A stretch of 64,000 nt of DNA from a virus, in IMG/VR virus record IMGVR_UViG_3300042562_001046, positions 2,776 through 66,775 of that record. One strand, given 5' to 3'. How positions within the stretch are numbered: the stretch's first letter is position 1; the number at the start of each line of letters is the position of its first letter. The notes under the pieces were generated by a model that did not search any database, was not told where the DNA came from, and saw only the letters and a program-made list of their open reading frames with translations. This document shows, one piece after another, positions 48,011 to 56,666 of this stretch. The translations under genes and the position numbers were made by a program.

Positions 48011-48718
48011 ATGGCTAAATCCTGGTCTTTCTCGAAGCTCGGTGACTTCGAGAAGTGCAAAAAATACTTCTGGCTTAAGCACGAGCAGAAGATCCCAGAG
48101 CCAGAACGTCCGCTGCCACCCGGCAAAACTGAGCACGCCAACGATCGTGGCAGCCGGGTTCACGACAACTGCGAGGGCTACGTCCGAGGCGACCACGACG
48201 CCCTGGCCCCAGAGGCTGAGAAGCACTTCGGTGCCAAGCTCGACCTGATGCGCACCCTGCACGCAGAGGGCATGGTCTCCCTCGAAGGTGAGTGGGGTTT
48301 CGACAACGAGTGGGTCATCGCCCCCTACGCCAACGCGTGGCTGCGCATGAAGCTCGACGCCATGGTCGAAGTGTCAAAAGACCAGGCCGTCGTGATCGAC
48401 TACAAAACCGGCCGCAAATTCGGCAACGAGGTCAAGCACGCCCAGCAGCTCCAGCTCTACGCGCTGGCCACCTTTCTGCGACGCCCAAAGCTCGAAGTGG
48501 TCCAAGCTGACCTCTGGTACCTGGACGTCAACGAAGTCACCTCCCAGGTGTTCACCCGCGACCAGAGCCTGCGCTTCATCCGCAGCTTCGAGAAGCGCGG
48601 CAAAGACATCATCGCCTGCTCGACCTGGCCGGCCAACCCAAACAAGTGGAGCTGCCAGTGGTGCATGTACGGCCCTGAGCACTCCGGTCACTGTGAAGTA
48701 GGAGTTAGAAAAGCATGA
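48011..48718 (+). CDS. Cas4/AddB-like PD-(D/E)XK exonuclease
   Basis: WSFS.L..FE.C, KLD, IDYKTG, QLQLY and a C-terminal CxxC...C cluster. Confidence 0.88.
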   Translation: MAKSWSFSKLGDFEKCKKYFWLKHEQKIPEPERPLPPGKTEHANDRGSRVHDNCEGYVRGDHDALAPEAEKHFGAKLDLMRTLHAEGMVSLEGEWGFDNEWVIAPYANAWLRMKLDAMVEVSKDQAVVIDYKTGRKFGNEVKHAQQLQLYALATFLRRPKLEVVQADLWYLDVNEVTSQVFTRDQSLRFIRSFEKRGKDIIACSTWPANPNKWSCQWCMYGPEHSGHCEVGVRKA

Positions 48719-50133
48719 TCAAACCCTTCGCGCACCAAAAAGTCTCCGTCAAACACAACGACGGCTCGCCGATCGTCTTCGACTGCAGCGACCCCGGCAC
48801 AGGCAAAACCTTCGTGCGGATCGCCGGGTTCGCCAAACGCCGCGCCAAGGGGAGTGGTGCCATGCTGGTGCTGGCGCCGCGCTCCCTGCTGCGCTCGGTC
48901 TGGGTCAACGACATCCGCAAGTTCGCCCCGCAGCTGACCACCTCTGTGGCCGACGCCGCCAACCGTGCCGAGGCCTTTGCCCAGGACGCCGACGTCTACA
49001 TCACCAACGTCGACGCGGTCAAGTGGCTGGCTACGCAGAAACCGGCGTTCTTCAAGAAGTTCAGCGAGCTGGTCGTCGACGAGTCAACCGCCTACAAACA
49101 CCACACCAGCCTGCGCAGCAAAGCCGCTGCCAAGATCTCCCAATACTTCAAGTACCGCTGCTGCATGACCGGCACGCCCAACTCCAACACCATCACCGAC
49201 ATCTGGCACCAGGTTCAGATCCTGGACGCTGGCAAGCGGCTGGGCTTCAGCTTCTACAAGTTCCGCGACGCGGTCTGCACACCACACCAGGTCGGCCGCA
49301 GCGCTCAAGCCATCCGCTGGCAAGACAAAGACGGCTCAGAAGAGGCCGTTTTCGGGCTGCTGTCTGACATCGTCATCCGGCACAAGTTCGAAGATTGCGT
49401 CGACATCCCAGCCAACCACCAGTACCCGATCGAGTACGAGCTGACGCCGCGCCAGATGAAGGCCTACCTTGAGCTGCAGGACACCCAGATGCTGATGCTG
49501 AGCTCCCGCGTCAAAGGAGCGCCAGGCACGCCCAACATCCTGGCCATCAACGCCGCTGCCGTGGCTACCAAGCTGCTGCAGGTTGCCTCCGGTGCTGTCT
49601 ACGACGGCATGGGTGGCTACCAGGTGATCGACACCGCCCGCTACGAGATGATCCTGGACCTGGTGGAGCAGCGCAAGCACAGCCTGGTGTTCTTTCTCTG
49701 GAAGCACCAGCGAGACGCCCTGCTCAAAGAAGCAGAAAAGCGCGGCATCTCGTTTGCCGTGATCGACGGCAACACCTCTGACCGCGACCGCGACGAAATC
49801 ATCCAGGGCTACCAGGCAGGCGTCTACCAGACGATCTTCGCCCACCCCAAGTCTGCTGCCCACGGGCTGACGCTGACCAAGGGCACGGCCACGATCTGGG
49901 CCTCACCCACCTATGACCTGGAGATCTTCAAACAGGGCAGCAAGCGCCAGCACCGGCTGGGACAGACCCAGAAGACAGAAACGATCGTGCTGCTGGCAAA
50001 GGACACGATCGAACAGCGGGTCTACGACCTGATGCTCGGCAAAGACGCCCGCATGACCAACCTGCTGGACCTGTTCGGGCTGGCTGTGCCGGCGGTCGTA
50101 GCTCGTAAAAAGAAAGTGGCGGAAACAGCATGA
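48715..50133 (+). CDS. SNF2-family helicase
   Basis: DPGTGKT, VVDES, MTGTP, AHGLTL and R.HRLGQ. Confidence 0.92.
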   Translation: MIKPFAHQKVSVKHNDGSPIVFDCSDPGTGKTFVRIAGFAKRRAKGSGAMLVLAPRSLLRSVWVNDIRKFAPQLTTSVADAANRAEAFAQDADVYITNVDAVKWLATQKPAFFKKFSELVVDESTAYKHHTSLRSKAAAKISQYFKYRCCMTGTPNSNTITDIWHQVQILDAGKRLGFSFYKFRDAVCTPHQVGRSAQAIRWQDKDGSEEAVFGLLSDIVIRHKFEDCVDIPANHQYPIEYELTPRQMKAYLELQDTQMLMLSSRVKGAPGTPNILAINAAAVATKLLQVASGAVYDGMGGYQVIDTARYEMILDLVEQRKHSLVFFLWKHQRDALLKEAEKRGISFAVIDGNTSDRDRDEIIQGYQAGVYQTIFAHPKSAAHGLTLTKGTATIWASPTYDLEIFKQGSKRQHRLGQTQKTETIVLLAKDTIEQRVYDLMLGKDARMTNLLDLFGLAVPAVVARKKKVAETA

Positions 50134-52220
50134 CCTGGTCCTCCGCACTCAAGAAACAAACTCAAAGGGCCAGGCCGGTCTATGCCGGCTTCAAGCGCCC
50201 GAGTTTTCCCGCACACAAAGTCGACTGGCCCCGTCTGGTCAGCCTCGACTTTGAGACTTTCTACGACGACGAGTACACCCTCAAAAAGCTGTCCACGTCT
50301 GAGTACGTCCGTGACTCCCGTTTCAAAGCTCAAATGCTGGGCATCAAGGTTGGCAATGGCAAAACCCGAATCGTCGCGCCGAAGAACATCCGCGCTGAGC
50401 TGGCCAAGATCAATTGGTCGACTCACGCTGCTCTCTGTCATAACACTCAGTTTGATGGTTTTATCCTTAGCCATCACTTTGGCGTCCATCCCGCTTTCCT
50501 ATATGACACGCTATCCATGGCTCGCGGCCTGCATAGCAACGACATCGGTGCTGGTCTGGATGAGGTGAGCATCTTCTACGGCGGGCAGGGCAAGCTCGAA
50601 GGGCTTGAGCGCACCAAGGGCGTGTTCAACTGGGACAAAGCGCTCTTCTCCAGCACGTCGGTCTACTGCGCCAACGACGTCGACGAGATGTTCCGGGTGT
50701 TCAAAGAAATGCTGCCGGCCATGCCCAACGACGAGATGCACCTGATCGACCTGACCTGCCGAATGTTCTGCAGCCCGGTGCTCAAAGTCGACATCCCCCG
50801 CGTCGAGAAAGAGCTGGTGCGGGAGCTGGCGCTGCGCAAAGATCTGATGTTCGCCGCGGTCAACCCCGACGACTGGCGCGACGCCAAGCTGCTCAAAACC
50901 AAGGAGCGGCTGCTCGATCAGGAAGAACAGGACATCACCATCATCAAGCGTGTCATCGGCTCTAACGAGAAGTTTGCCGGGCTGCTGACCGCCGAAGGTG
51001 TTGACATCCCAATGAAAATCAGCCCCGCCTGGATGAAAAAGTCCAAAGACGAGCGTGAAGAGCACATCGACAGCAAATACAGCTTCGCCTTTGCCAAAGA
51101 CGACACCGACTTCATCGAGCTGCCCAACCAGGTGGACAGCTGGGGGCTGGACCCCAACAAAGCCAGCGACGTGGCGCTGATGGCCGTCAAACAGGCCCGG
51201 CTGCAGGCGCTGGTCGACGTGCGGATCGCTGTCAAGTCCACCACCAACGTGACGCGGGCACAGCGCTTCCTGAACGCCGGTGCCAACAGCTGGTCGCTGC
51301 CCTGCGGCTATGCCTACTACCGAGCGCACACCGGGCGCATGGGCGGGCAGAACAAGATGAACATGCAGAACCTGCAGCGCGGCGGTGAGCTGCGCCAGTC
51401 CATCCTGGCGCCCAAGGGCCACGTGGTGGCGGTCCAAGACAGCGGCCAGATCGAGTGCCGCGTCAACGGCTGGCTCTGGGGCCAGACTGACCTCCTGGAC
51501 GCGTTCCGAGATGCGGACGCCGGCACCGGTCGTGATGCATACTGCAACTTTGCCGACAACATCTACGGCCGCGAGATCACCAAAGTCGACAAAGACGAGC
51601 GCTTCGTCGGCAAGGTCTGCGTGCTGGGCCTGGGCTTCCAGATGGGAGCACCCAAGCTGCAGATGACCTTCGCCAAAGGTGCGCTGGGTGGCCCACCGGT
51701 GTACTTCGAGCTGGACAAGTGCAAGGCGATCGTCAGCACCTACCGCGCCAAAAACTACCGCATCGAGCAGGGCTGGGGCATCTGCAAAACGATCATCGAA
51801 GACATGGCTGCTGGCACCGAGGGCAGCTACGGCCCAATCAACTGGGAGTTTGAGACGATCTGGCTGCCCAACGGCATGGCCCTCAAGTACCCCGGGCTGC
51901 GCAAGCAGGCGGGTGACAAGGGCTGGGACGAGTGGAGCTACCAGGCCAAAGACCAGCGCAAGAAGATCTACGGCGGCCTGCTGTGTGAGAACCTGGTGCA
52001 GGCGCTGGCCCGCATCATCGTGATGACTCAGATGCTGTGGATCTCCCGCAAGTACCGTGTGGTGATGACCACCCACGACGAAACCGTCGCGATCGCCAAG
52101 ACAGCCCAAGCCGAGCGCTGCTTGAGCTTCATGGCAAAAAGTATGAGCACCCCCCTCCCCTGGTGTCTCGACATTCCGCTGAACTGTGAAGGGGGGTATG
52201 ACGTCAACTACAGCAAGTGA
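50130..52220 (+). CDS. polA: Family A DNA polymerase with 3'-5' exonuclease
   Basis: ExoI DFET, ExoII HN..FD, ExoIII YC..D; motif A DSGQIECR, motif B RFVGKVCVLGLGFQ, motif C THDE. Confidence 0.93.
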   Translation: MTWSSALKKQTQRARPVYAGFKRPSFPAHKVDWPRLVSLDFETFYDDEYTLKKLSTSEYVRDSRFKAQMLGIKVGNGKTRIVAPKNIRAELAKINWSTHAALCHNTQFDGFILSHHFGVHPAFLYDTLSMARGLHSNDIGAGLDEVSIFYGGQGKLEGLERTKGVFNWDKALFSSTSVYCANDVDEMFRVFKEMLPAMPNDEMHLIDLTCRMFCSPVLKVDIPRVEKELVRELALRKDLMFAAVNPDDWRDAKLLKTKERLLDQEEQDITIIKRVIGSNEKFAGLLTAEGVDIPMKISPAWMKKSKDEREEHIDSKYSFAFAKDDTDFIELPNQVDSWGLDPNKASDVALMAVKQARLQALVDVRIAVKSTTNVTRAQRFLNAGANSWSLPCGYAYYRAHTGRMGGQNKMNMQNLQRGGELRQSILAPKGHVVAVQDSGQIECRVNGWLWGQTDLLDAFRDADAGTGRDAYCNFADNIYGREITKVDKDERFVGKVCVLGLGFQMGAPKLQMTFAKGALGGPPVYFELDKCKAIVSTYRAKNYRIEQGWGICKTIIEDMAAGTEGSYGPINWEFETIWLPNGMALKYPGLRKQAGDKGWDEWSYQAKDQRKKIYGGLLCENLVQALARIIVMTQMLWISRKYRVVMTTHDETVAIAKTAQAERCLSFMAKSMSTPLPWCLDIPLNCEGGYDVNYSK

Positions 52221-52540
52221 GCCACATGATCGAAATCGAAGACCCCAACTACTTCACCAAGGTGATGGACTTTGCCCTGGAGAACAACTGCGCCTCCAAG
52301 CTGCTCGAGCGGCTTGAGTACCTGACCAGCTACCACGAAGGAGAAAACACATGCGTCCTGTTTAAGGACTGGGCCCCTCACAGCTTCTCCTTCTACATGC
52401 TCCGCCCCGACGGCTCCCGCTGGTTCAACGGCGGACTCATCTACTCCGGCCCAGACCAGCCGCTCGACGGCTCCTTCCCTGCCTTGACCGTAGGTATCGG
52501 GATCGACAGCTCCAAACACAGCTGGTCTGTGCATACATGA
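52217..52540 (+). CDS. DUF4120-like protein
   Basis: D.AP.SF.F...NGGLIY.G...WS.HT C-terminus. Confidence 0.65.
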   Translation: MSHMIEIEDPNYFTKVMDFALENNCASKLLERLEYLTSYHEGENTCVLFKDWAPHSFSFYMLRPDGSRWFNGGLIYSGPDQPLDGSFPALTVGIGIDSSKHSWSVHT

Positions 52541-52554
52541 TTCTGTAACGAATC

Positions 52555-52574
52555 ATCTTAGATCTAAGTTAGAA
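52555..52574 (+). promoter_or_regulatory. 20-bp dispersed motif copy (ATCTTAGATCTAAGTTAGAA)
   Basis: Intergenic, one mismatch to consensus. Confidence 0.8.
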
Positions 52575-52596
52575 TTACAACAGAAAGAAACACACC

Positions 52597-53049
52597 ATGT
52601 CCGCAGTCATCGAAAAACCCAACCGCACGCGCATCGCCAAACCGGCCGCCGAACCCACCATGACCCTCGGTCAAGCAACCGACAAGATGTGGCAGCTGCG
52701 CGAAGAAAAGCGCGTGCTTGAAGCCCAGGTCAAAGCGCTTGAGCTGCAGATCAAAGGCGACGAAGACAAGAAAATCATCGGCCTGGAGGGCATCATCTTT
52801 GGCCTACTTGACGCCCAGGACACCCGCAAAGCCGAAGGCAAAAAGGCCTCCGTGTCCATCGGTGAGTCCGTGGTCGGCAACGTCGTCGACTGGGAAGCAT
52901 TCTGGGCCTGGATCGCCAAGACCAAGAACTTCCACCTCATCCAGAAACGCACCAGCGACCCCGGCTTGCGAGAGCTGTGGGCCCTGAAGAAAGCAACCCC
53001 CGGCTGTCAGCCCTTCACCAAAAGAACCCTTTCCGTTCGCTCCCTGTAA
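52597..53049 (+). CDS. Coiled-coil phage replication-associated protein
   Basis: V.DW..F..WI....F...QKR...PG pattern; precedes the SSB gene. Confidence 0.65.
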   Translation: MSAVIEKPNRTRIAKPAAEPTMTLGQATDKMWQLREEKRVLEAQVKALELQIKGDEDKKIIGLEGIIFGLLDAQDTRKAEGKKASVSIGESVVGNVVDWEAFWAWIAKTKNFHLIQKRTSDPGLRELWALKKATPGCQPFTKRTLSVRSL

Positions 53050-53068
53050 TCTAACGTCTAAGAAAGAC
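53049..53068 (+). promoter_or_regulatory. 20-bp dispersed motif copy (ATCTAACGTCTAAGAAAGAC)
   Basis: Fills the intergenic gap before the SSB ATG. Confidence 0.6.
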
Positions 53069-53075
53069 ATCACAA

Positions 53076-53846
53076 ATGGCTACCACCAAAAAACCCCCTG
53101 CTCCTGCCTCCACCGCGGTCGCTGTCAAGAAGACCGCCGGCGCCAACATCGTGTCCATCCAGGCCGCGCTCAAAGCCCAAGCTGAGCAGATGGGCGAGCG
53201 CACCGCACCCGCCGGCGGCAACTCCATCCGCGTCACCCAGGACAAGCAGTTCATCCTGCCCGACGGCACCAAAACCCCTGGCCCGCTGGAGCTGGTCATC
53301 GTCGACTTCACAGCCAAGCACGCGTTCTATGAAGGCGCGTTCGACGCAAAAAGCATCGTCCCGCCTGCGTGTTTCGCGATCGGCATCAACCCGCTGAAGA
53401 TGACCCCCAGCAAAAACTCGCCGCTGACCCAAGCGGTCGACTGCCAGGTCTGCCCCAACAACGTGTTCGGCTCCGACGGCAACGGCAAGGCCTGCAAGAA
53501 CTCCCGCGTGCTGGCCGTTCTGCCCCCTGACGCCGACGAGAACACCGCCATGTGGATCTTGGCCACGTCACCCACCGCCAACAAGGGCTTCGATGGCTTT
53601 GTGACCTCGGTGGCTCGCGTGTTCCAGACGCCACCGATCGGCGTGGTCGCAACGGTCTCCTTTGACCCGAATGAAACCTACGCCAAGCTGGTGTTCAGCA
53701 ACCCGCAGCCCAACCCCAACTTGGCTGAGCACTTCGCCCGCCAGGACGAGGCACGGACCATGCTAACCGTCGAGCCTGACGTGTCCAAGTTTGTCAAAGC
53801 GCCTCCAGTGCGCGGCGGCAAAGCAACCGCTGGCGCACGACGCTAA
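53076..53846 (+). CDS. Putative single-stranded DNA-binding protein (Cys-containing phage family)
   Basis: P.CFA...C..CP.N.FGS...GKACKN.R.LA; lies in the replication cluster. Confidence 0.7.
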   Translation: MATTKKPPAPASTAVAVKKTAGANIVSIQAALKAQAEQMGERTAPAGGNSIRVTQDKQFILPDGTKTPGPLELVIVDFTAKHAFYEGAFDAKSIVPPACFAIGINPLKMTPSKNSPLTQAVDCQVCPNNVFGSDGNGKACKNSRVLAVLPPDADENTAMWILATSPTANKGFDGFVTSVARVFQTPPIGVVATVSFDPNETYAKLVFSNPQPNPNLAEHFARQDEARTMLTVEPDVSKFVKAPPVRGGKATAGARR

Positions 53847-53896
53847 GGGTTTACCCTCTCCCACAAATGGGGGAAGGGAAACCGATACATCAATTT

Positions 53897-53916
53897 TTCT
53901 AATTTAGATCAAAGAT
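53897..53916 (-). promoter_or_regulatory. 20-bp dispersed motif copy opposite to local transcription (ATCTTTGATCTAAATTAGAA)
   Basis: 7 nt upstream of the ATG at 53924. Confidence 0.6.
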
Positions 53917-53923
53917 ACGACTT

Positions 53924-54181
53924 ATGTCAGTTCTAATGTCAATACGCAAGTGGTACATCAATCAGGCCCTGGAGTCATTCAGTCGTCTGAATGAAGTTCT
54001 CAGCGAATTGACATTGGCAGAGGTACTGGCTTGTCTCGATCTCGAGACAGCCACACGACGTCGCCGGTCCGTCTCCGACCGGTTGATCTCTCGAGCAGTT
54101 CGGCTCAACGAGATCGCCTTCAACCAAAGCCTACAGGAGAAATACCATGGCACGCGCACCCAAGTCCCTGACCCCCGCTGA
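53924..54181 (+). CDS. Small helical hypothetical protein
   Basis: LT..EV...L..E....RR.S motif. Confidence 0.6.
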   Translation: MSVLMSIRKWYINQALESFSRLNEVLSELTLAEVLACLDLETATRRRRSVSDRLISRAVRLNEIAFNQSLQEKYHGTRTQVPDPR

Positions 54182-54524
54182 AAAGAAACTCGCAATGGCC
54201 GGCCTCAAGACAGCCATCAAGCAGCACACCGAGAACCGCAAGAGCATCAGCGGCGCTTTGAAGGAAGCTGAGAAAGCCCTGGCTACCGCCAAGAAAAGCG
54301 CAGACGCAGTCACCAAGCAGGCTGAGAAAGAGGCTGCAGCTAAGCGTAAAGAGGCAGCAACGGCTGTTGCGGCTGTTACGAAGCAGCACGATGCTGCGGT
54401 CGCCAAGCACGCCAAGCTCAACGCCGCCGCCGAGAAGGGCCTGGAGAAACTGACCGCCCAGATGGCCATGCTCGACGCAGCGCCTGCTGCAGCTGCCAAG
54501 CAGACCGAATCCGAACCGACCTAA
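54147..54524 (+). CDS. Ala/Lys-rich basic coiled-coil (histone-like) protein
   Basis: Composition; AGGAG RBS. Confidence 0.65.
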   Translation: MARAPKSLTPAEKKLAMAGLKTAIKQHTENRKSISGALKEAEKALATAKKSADAVTKQAEKEAAAKRKEAATAVAAVTKQHDAAVAKHAKLNAAAEKGLEKLTAQMAMLDAAPAAAAKQTESEPT

Positions 54525-54581
54525 ACCATCCGGCCGCTAGTACGCTGCTGGCGGCCGGCACCAACCCCCCCGAAAGATTTA

Positions 54582-55139
54582 ATGAAGCACATCATGATCG
54601 ACGCCGAGACTCTCGGTACCGTGTCCGACGCCTGTATTCTCAGCATCGGAGCTGTTCGGTTTGACCTTGACTCGGAGAGTATTGATGATGACGGCTTTTA
54701 CGCCAGCATCTCGATCGACTCCAACCTTGAGCTCAAGCGCCGGATCCAAGAGGAGACTCTAATTTGGTGGCTGAAGCAAGGAGCGGACGCTCAGGGCGTG
54801 TTTCATGAGTCCAAGCAAACCCTGCGGGCGGCACTGACTGACCTGGCTGACTGGATCGGCGCTGACGACTGCCAGGTCTGGAGCAACGGGGCCGATTTCG
54901 ACCTGCCCATGATCGCTCATGCCTTCGCGTCACTGGGGATGGAGATTCCTTGGCAATACTGGAACAGCAACTGCTTCAGGACTTACAAGAAACTGCCCGG
55001 CGCCAAGCTGATCAGGCTGCCCTTTACGGGCACGAAGCACAACGCCCTGTTTGACGCTGTCCACCAGGCGCGTACGGCACAAGCCATTCAGAAGGCGCTG
55101 TTCTCCAACAACCATGTCATGAAGGTAAAAGCGGCATGA
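54582..55139 (+). CDS. DEDDh 3'-5' exonuclease (exoribonuclease-like)
   Basis: MIDAETLG, W.NG..FD and HNAL.DA. Confidence 0.88.
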   Translation: MKHIMIDAETLGTVSDACILSIGAVRFDLDSESIDDDGFYASISIDSNLELKRRIQEETLIWWLKQGADAQGVFHESKQTLRAALTDLADWIGADDCQVWSNGADFDLPMIAHAFASLGMEIPWQYWNSNCFRTYKKLPGAKLIRLPFTGTKHNALFDAVHQARTAQAIQKALFSNNHVMKVKAA

Positions 55140-55552
55140 GTGAACTTGACCCACACGGACGTGACCCGCACGCACCTGGGGCCAAGCTCGACGCCGGCAA
55201 AGTCCAACCCTGGCTGTGCCTGAGCGGGTTCTCCAACGCCCTGATGGCCGTGGCTGATGTCACGACCAAAGGGGCGCTGAAGTACACCCCCAACGGCTGG
55301 ACCAAGGTGCCGGAAGGCGAAGCGCGGTACATGGAGGCGTTCGCACGCCACATGCTCCTGCTCGGGTCTGGCGAGAAAATAGACAAGGACACCTCGTGCC
55401 TGCACAAAGCACAGATGGTCTGGAATCTGCTCGCCTCCCTCGAACTTGAGATGCGCACCGCCAAGGACTGGGACCGCAAGGTCGCAAGCTGGGACCCAGA
55501 CGACGCCTCAGAAGTCTGGACAAACCGAGTGAGTGTCTCAGCCAGCTCATGA
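55136..55552 (+). CDS. dATP/dGTP diphosphohydrolase domain protein (DUF5664-like)
   Basis: GAKLDAGK...VA.V.T.GA.KY..NGW...RH...D.DT..LH.A...WN. Confidence 0.85.
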   Translation: MSELDPHGRDPHAPGAKLDAGKVQPWLCLSGFSNALMAVADVTTKGALKYTPNGWTKVPEGEARYMEAFARHMLLLGSGEKIDKDTSCLHKAQMVWNLLASLELEMRTAKDWDRKVASWDPDDASEVWTNRVSVSASS

Positions 55553-55950
55553 GCACCCCGGAGAACACGTTTATCGCCTCTGTGCACAGGCATCTGCCGC
55601 CTGAGCTGTACCGGATGAAGAACCACAACCAGTACAACTCAGGCATCCCAGATGTCTGGTACAGCGGCTATAAAGCGGACCTCTGGATTGAGTACAAGTT
55701 CATCGTGTTGCCCAAACGCGCTGACACAATGATCGTGCCCAACCTCTCCAACCTTCAACATGAGTGGCTATTACAGCGACACATGGAAGGCCGGAGAGTG
55801 GGCGTTATAGTTGGGTGTAAAGAGGGAGGTGTGTGGATAAAAAATACAGATTGGGGCCGCCCGTGCTCCTGTGAAGATTTCCATCAAAAAATACTGACTC
55901 GAGCAGTTATTGCCGACCTAATCAAAGATGAAGTCGGCCGGTGTTTCTAG
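55549..55950 (+). CDS. VRR-NUC/Holliday-junction resolvase-like nuclease
   Basis: E..F...GIPD...WIEYK...LS.LQ..W. Confidence 0.8.
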   Translation: MSTPENTFIASVHRHLPPELYRMKNHNQYNSGIPDVWYSGYKADLWIEYKFIVLPKRADTMIVPNLSNLQHEWLLQRHMEGRRVGVIVGCKEGGVWIKNTDWGRPCSCEDFHQKILTRAVIADLIKDEVGRCF

Positions 55951-56001
55951 GTCTCCTCCGTCTCGATCCTCCAGATCTATTCAACTTCCTTCTAACCCAA
56001 A

Positions 56002-56385
56002 ATGAGAAACAACGAAACCGGACTCTTTCCGGCACTTGAAAAAATCCTACGAGCTTCCTCCGTTCCTTTGGACTGTCAAACAATGTTTGACATGCCCGAG
56101 GTAAAACAACACGCGGCGTCTGTGAACCGCGTCTCTGACTACCTTGGCGGCCTCTGGCGCAAAGGTGTTGTCGTACGTCTAGCCGCCCCCAAAGTTGAGG
56201 GCACTCGCGCTCGGTGGATGTATGAATGGAAGGGCAACCGAGGCCCCAAGCTCCACGATGCTATCGAGTACACCCCGCGTGTGCTGGCCGATCGCCCCTC
56301 TGTCCTGATCACTGAGGAGGGCAACGTCATCACCATTGAGATGCCTCACCTCGTGATTTCCATACGGCAGAAGCCGGGCAATTAG
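56002..56385 (+). CDS. Putative winged-helix DNA-binding protein
   Basis: VS.YL..L.RKG.V.R...RW.Y recognition-helix plus wing pattern. Confidence 0.55.
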   Translation: MRNNETGLFPALEKILRASSVPLDCQTMFDMPEVKQHAASVNRVSDYLGGLWRKGVVVRLAAPKVEGTRARWMYEWKGNRGPKLHDAIEYTPRVLADRPSVLITEEGNVITIEMPHLVISIRQKPGN

Positions 56386-56387
56386 TC

Positions 56388-56410
56388 AGAGGGGCATGAG
56401 CCCCCTTTAC
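56388..56410 (+). terminator. Short intrinsic terminator-like hairpin
   Basis: AGAGGGGC-ATGA-GCCCCCTTT. Confidence 0.45.
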
Positions 56411-56421
56411 TCGGGCCTAAC

Positions 56422-56441
56422 ATCTAATATCTATGTTCGAT
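56422..56441 (+). promoter_or_regulatory. 20-bp dispersed motif copy (ATCTAATATCTATGTTCGAT)
   Basis: Overlaps the ATG at 56433; an extra half-site lies at 56415. Confidence 0.65.
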
Positions 56442-56666
56442 CTATTGACGAAAGAAGAAGACGTCCAAGCCTCGAACATGGGATGGGCGCTGCAATACGT
56501 CTACGACCTGGACACCGCCCGGTGGCGTGTTCAGGTTCTCACCACCAACCCTGTCCACCCTAACGCGGAAGCGGCCGGCGCGCACGTCGTCGGCCAGGCC
56601 CGCGCTGGTCAGCCCCTCGCAACCAAAGCCATCCGCCTTGTGATGGCCAGCAACCAACGCACATGA
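56433..56666 (+). CDS. Hypothetical protein
   Basis: Coupled to the ligase gene. Confidence 0.55.
   Translation: MFDLLTKEEDVQASNMGWALQYVYDLDTARWRVQVLTTNPVHPNAEAAGAHVVGQARAGQPLATKAIRLVMASNQRT

Noticed and set aside
48011-48718. CRISPR-associated Cas4
   Set aside because: Solo Cas4-like nuclease in a normal phage replication cluster; no array or other cas genes.
50511-52109. 532-aa minus-strand ORF
   Set aside because: Antisense shadow of polA.
55136-55552. Z-genome (2-aminoadenine) pathway
   Set aside because: No purZ or datZ recognisable in the window.
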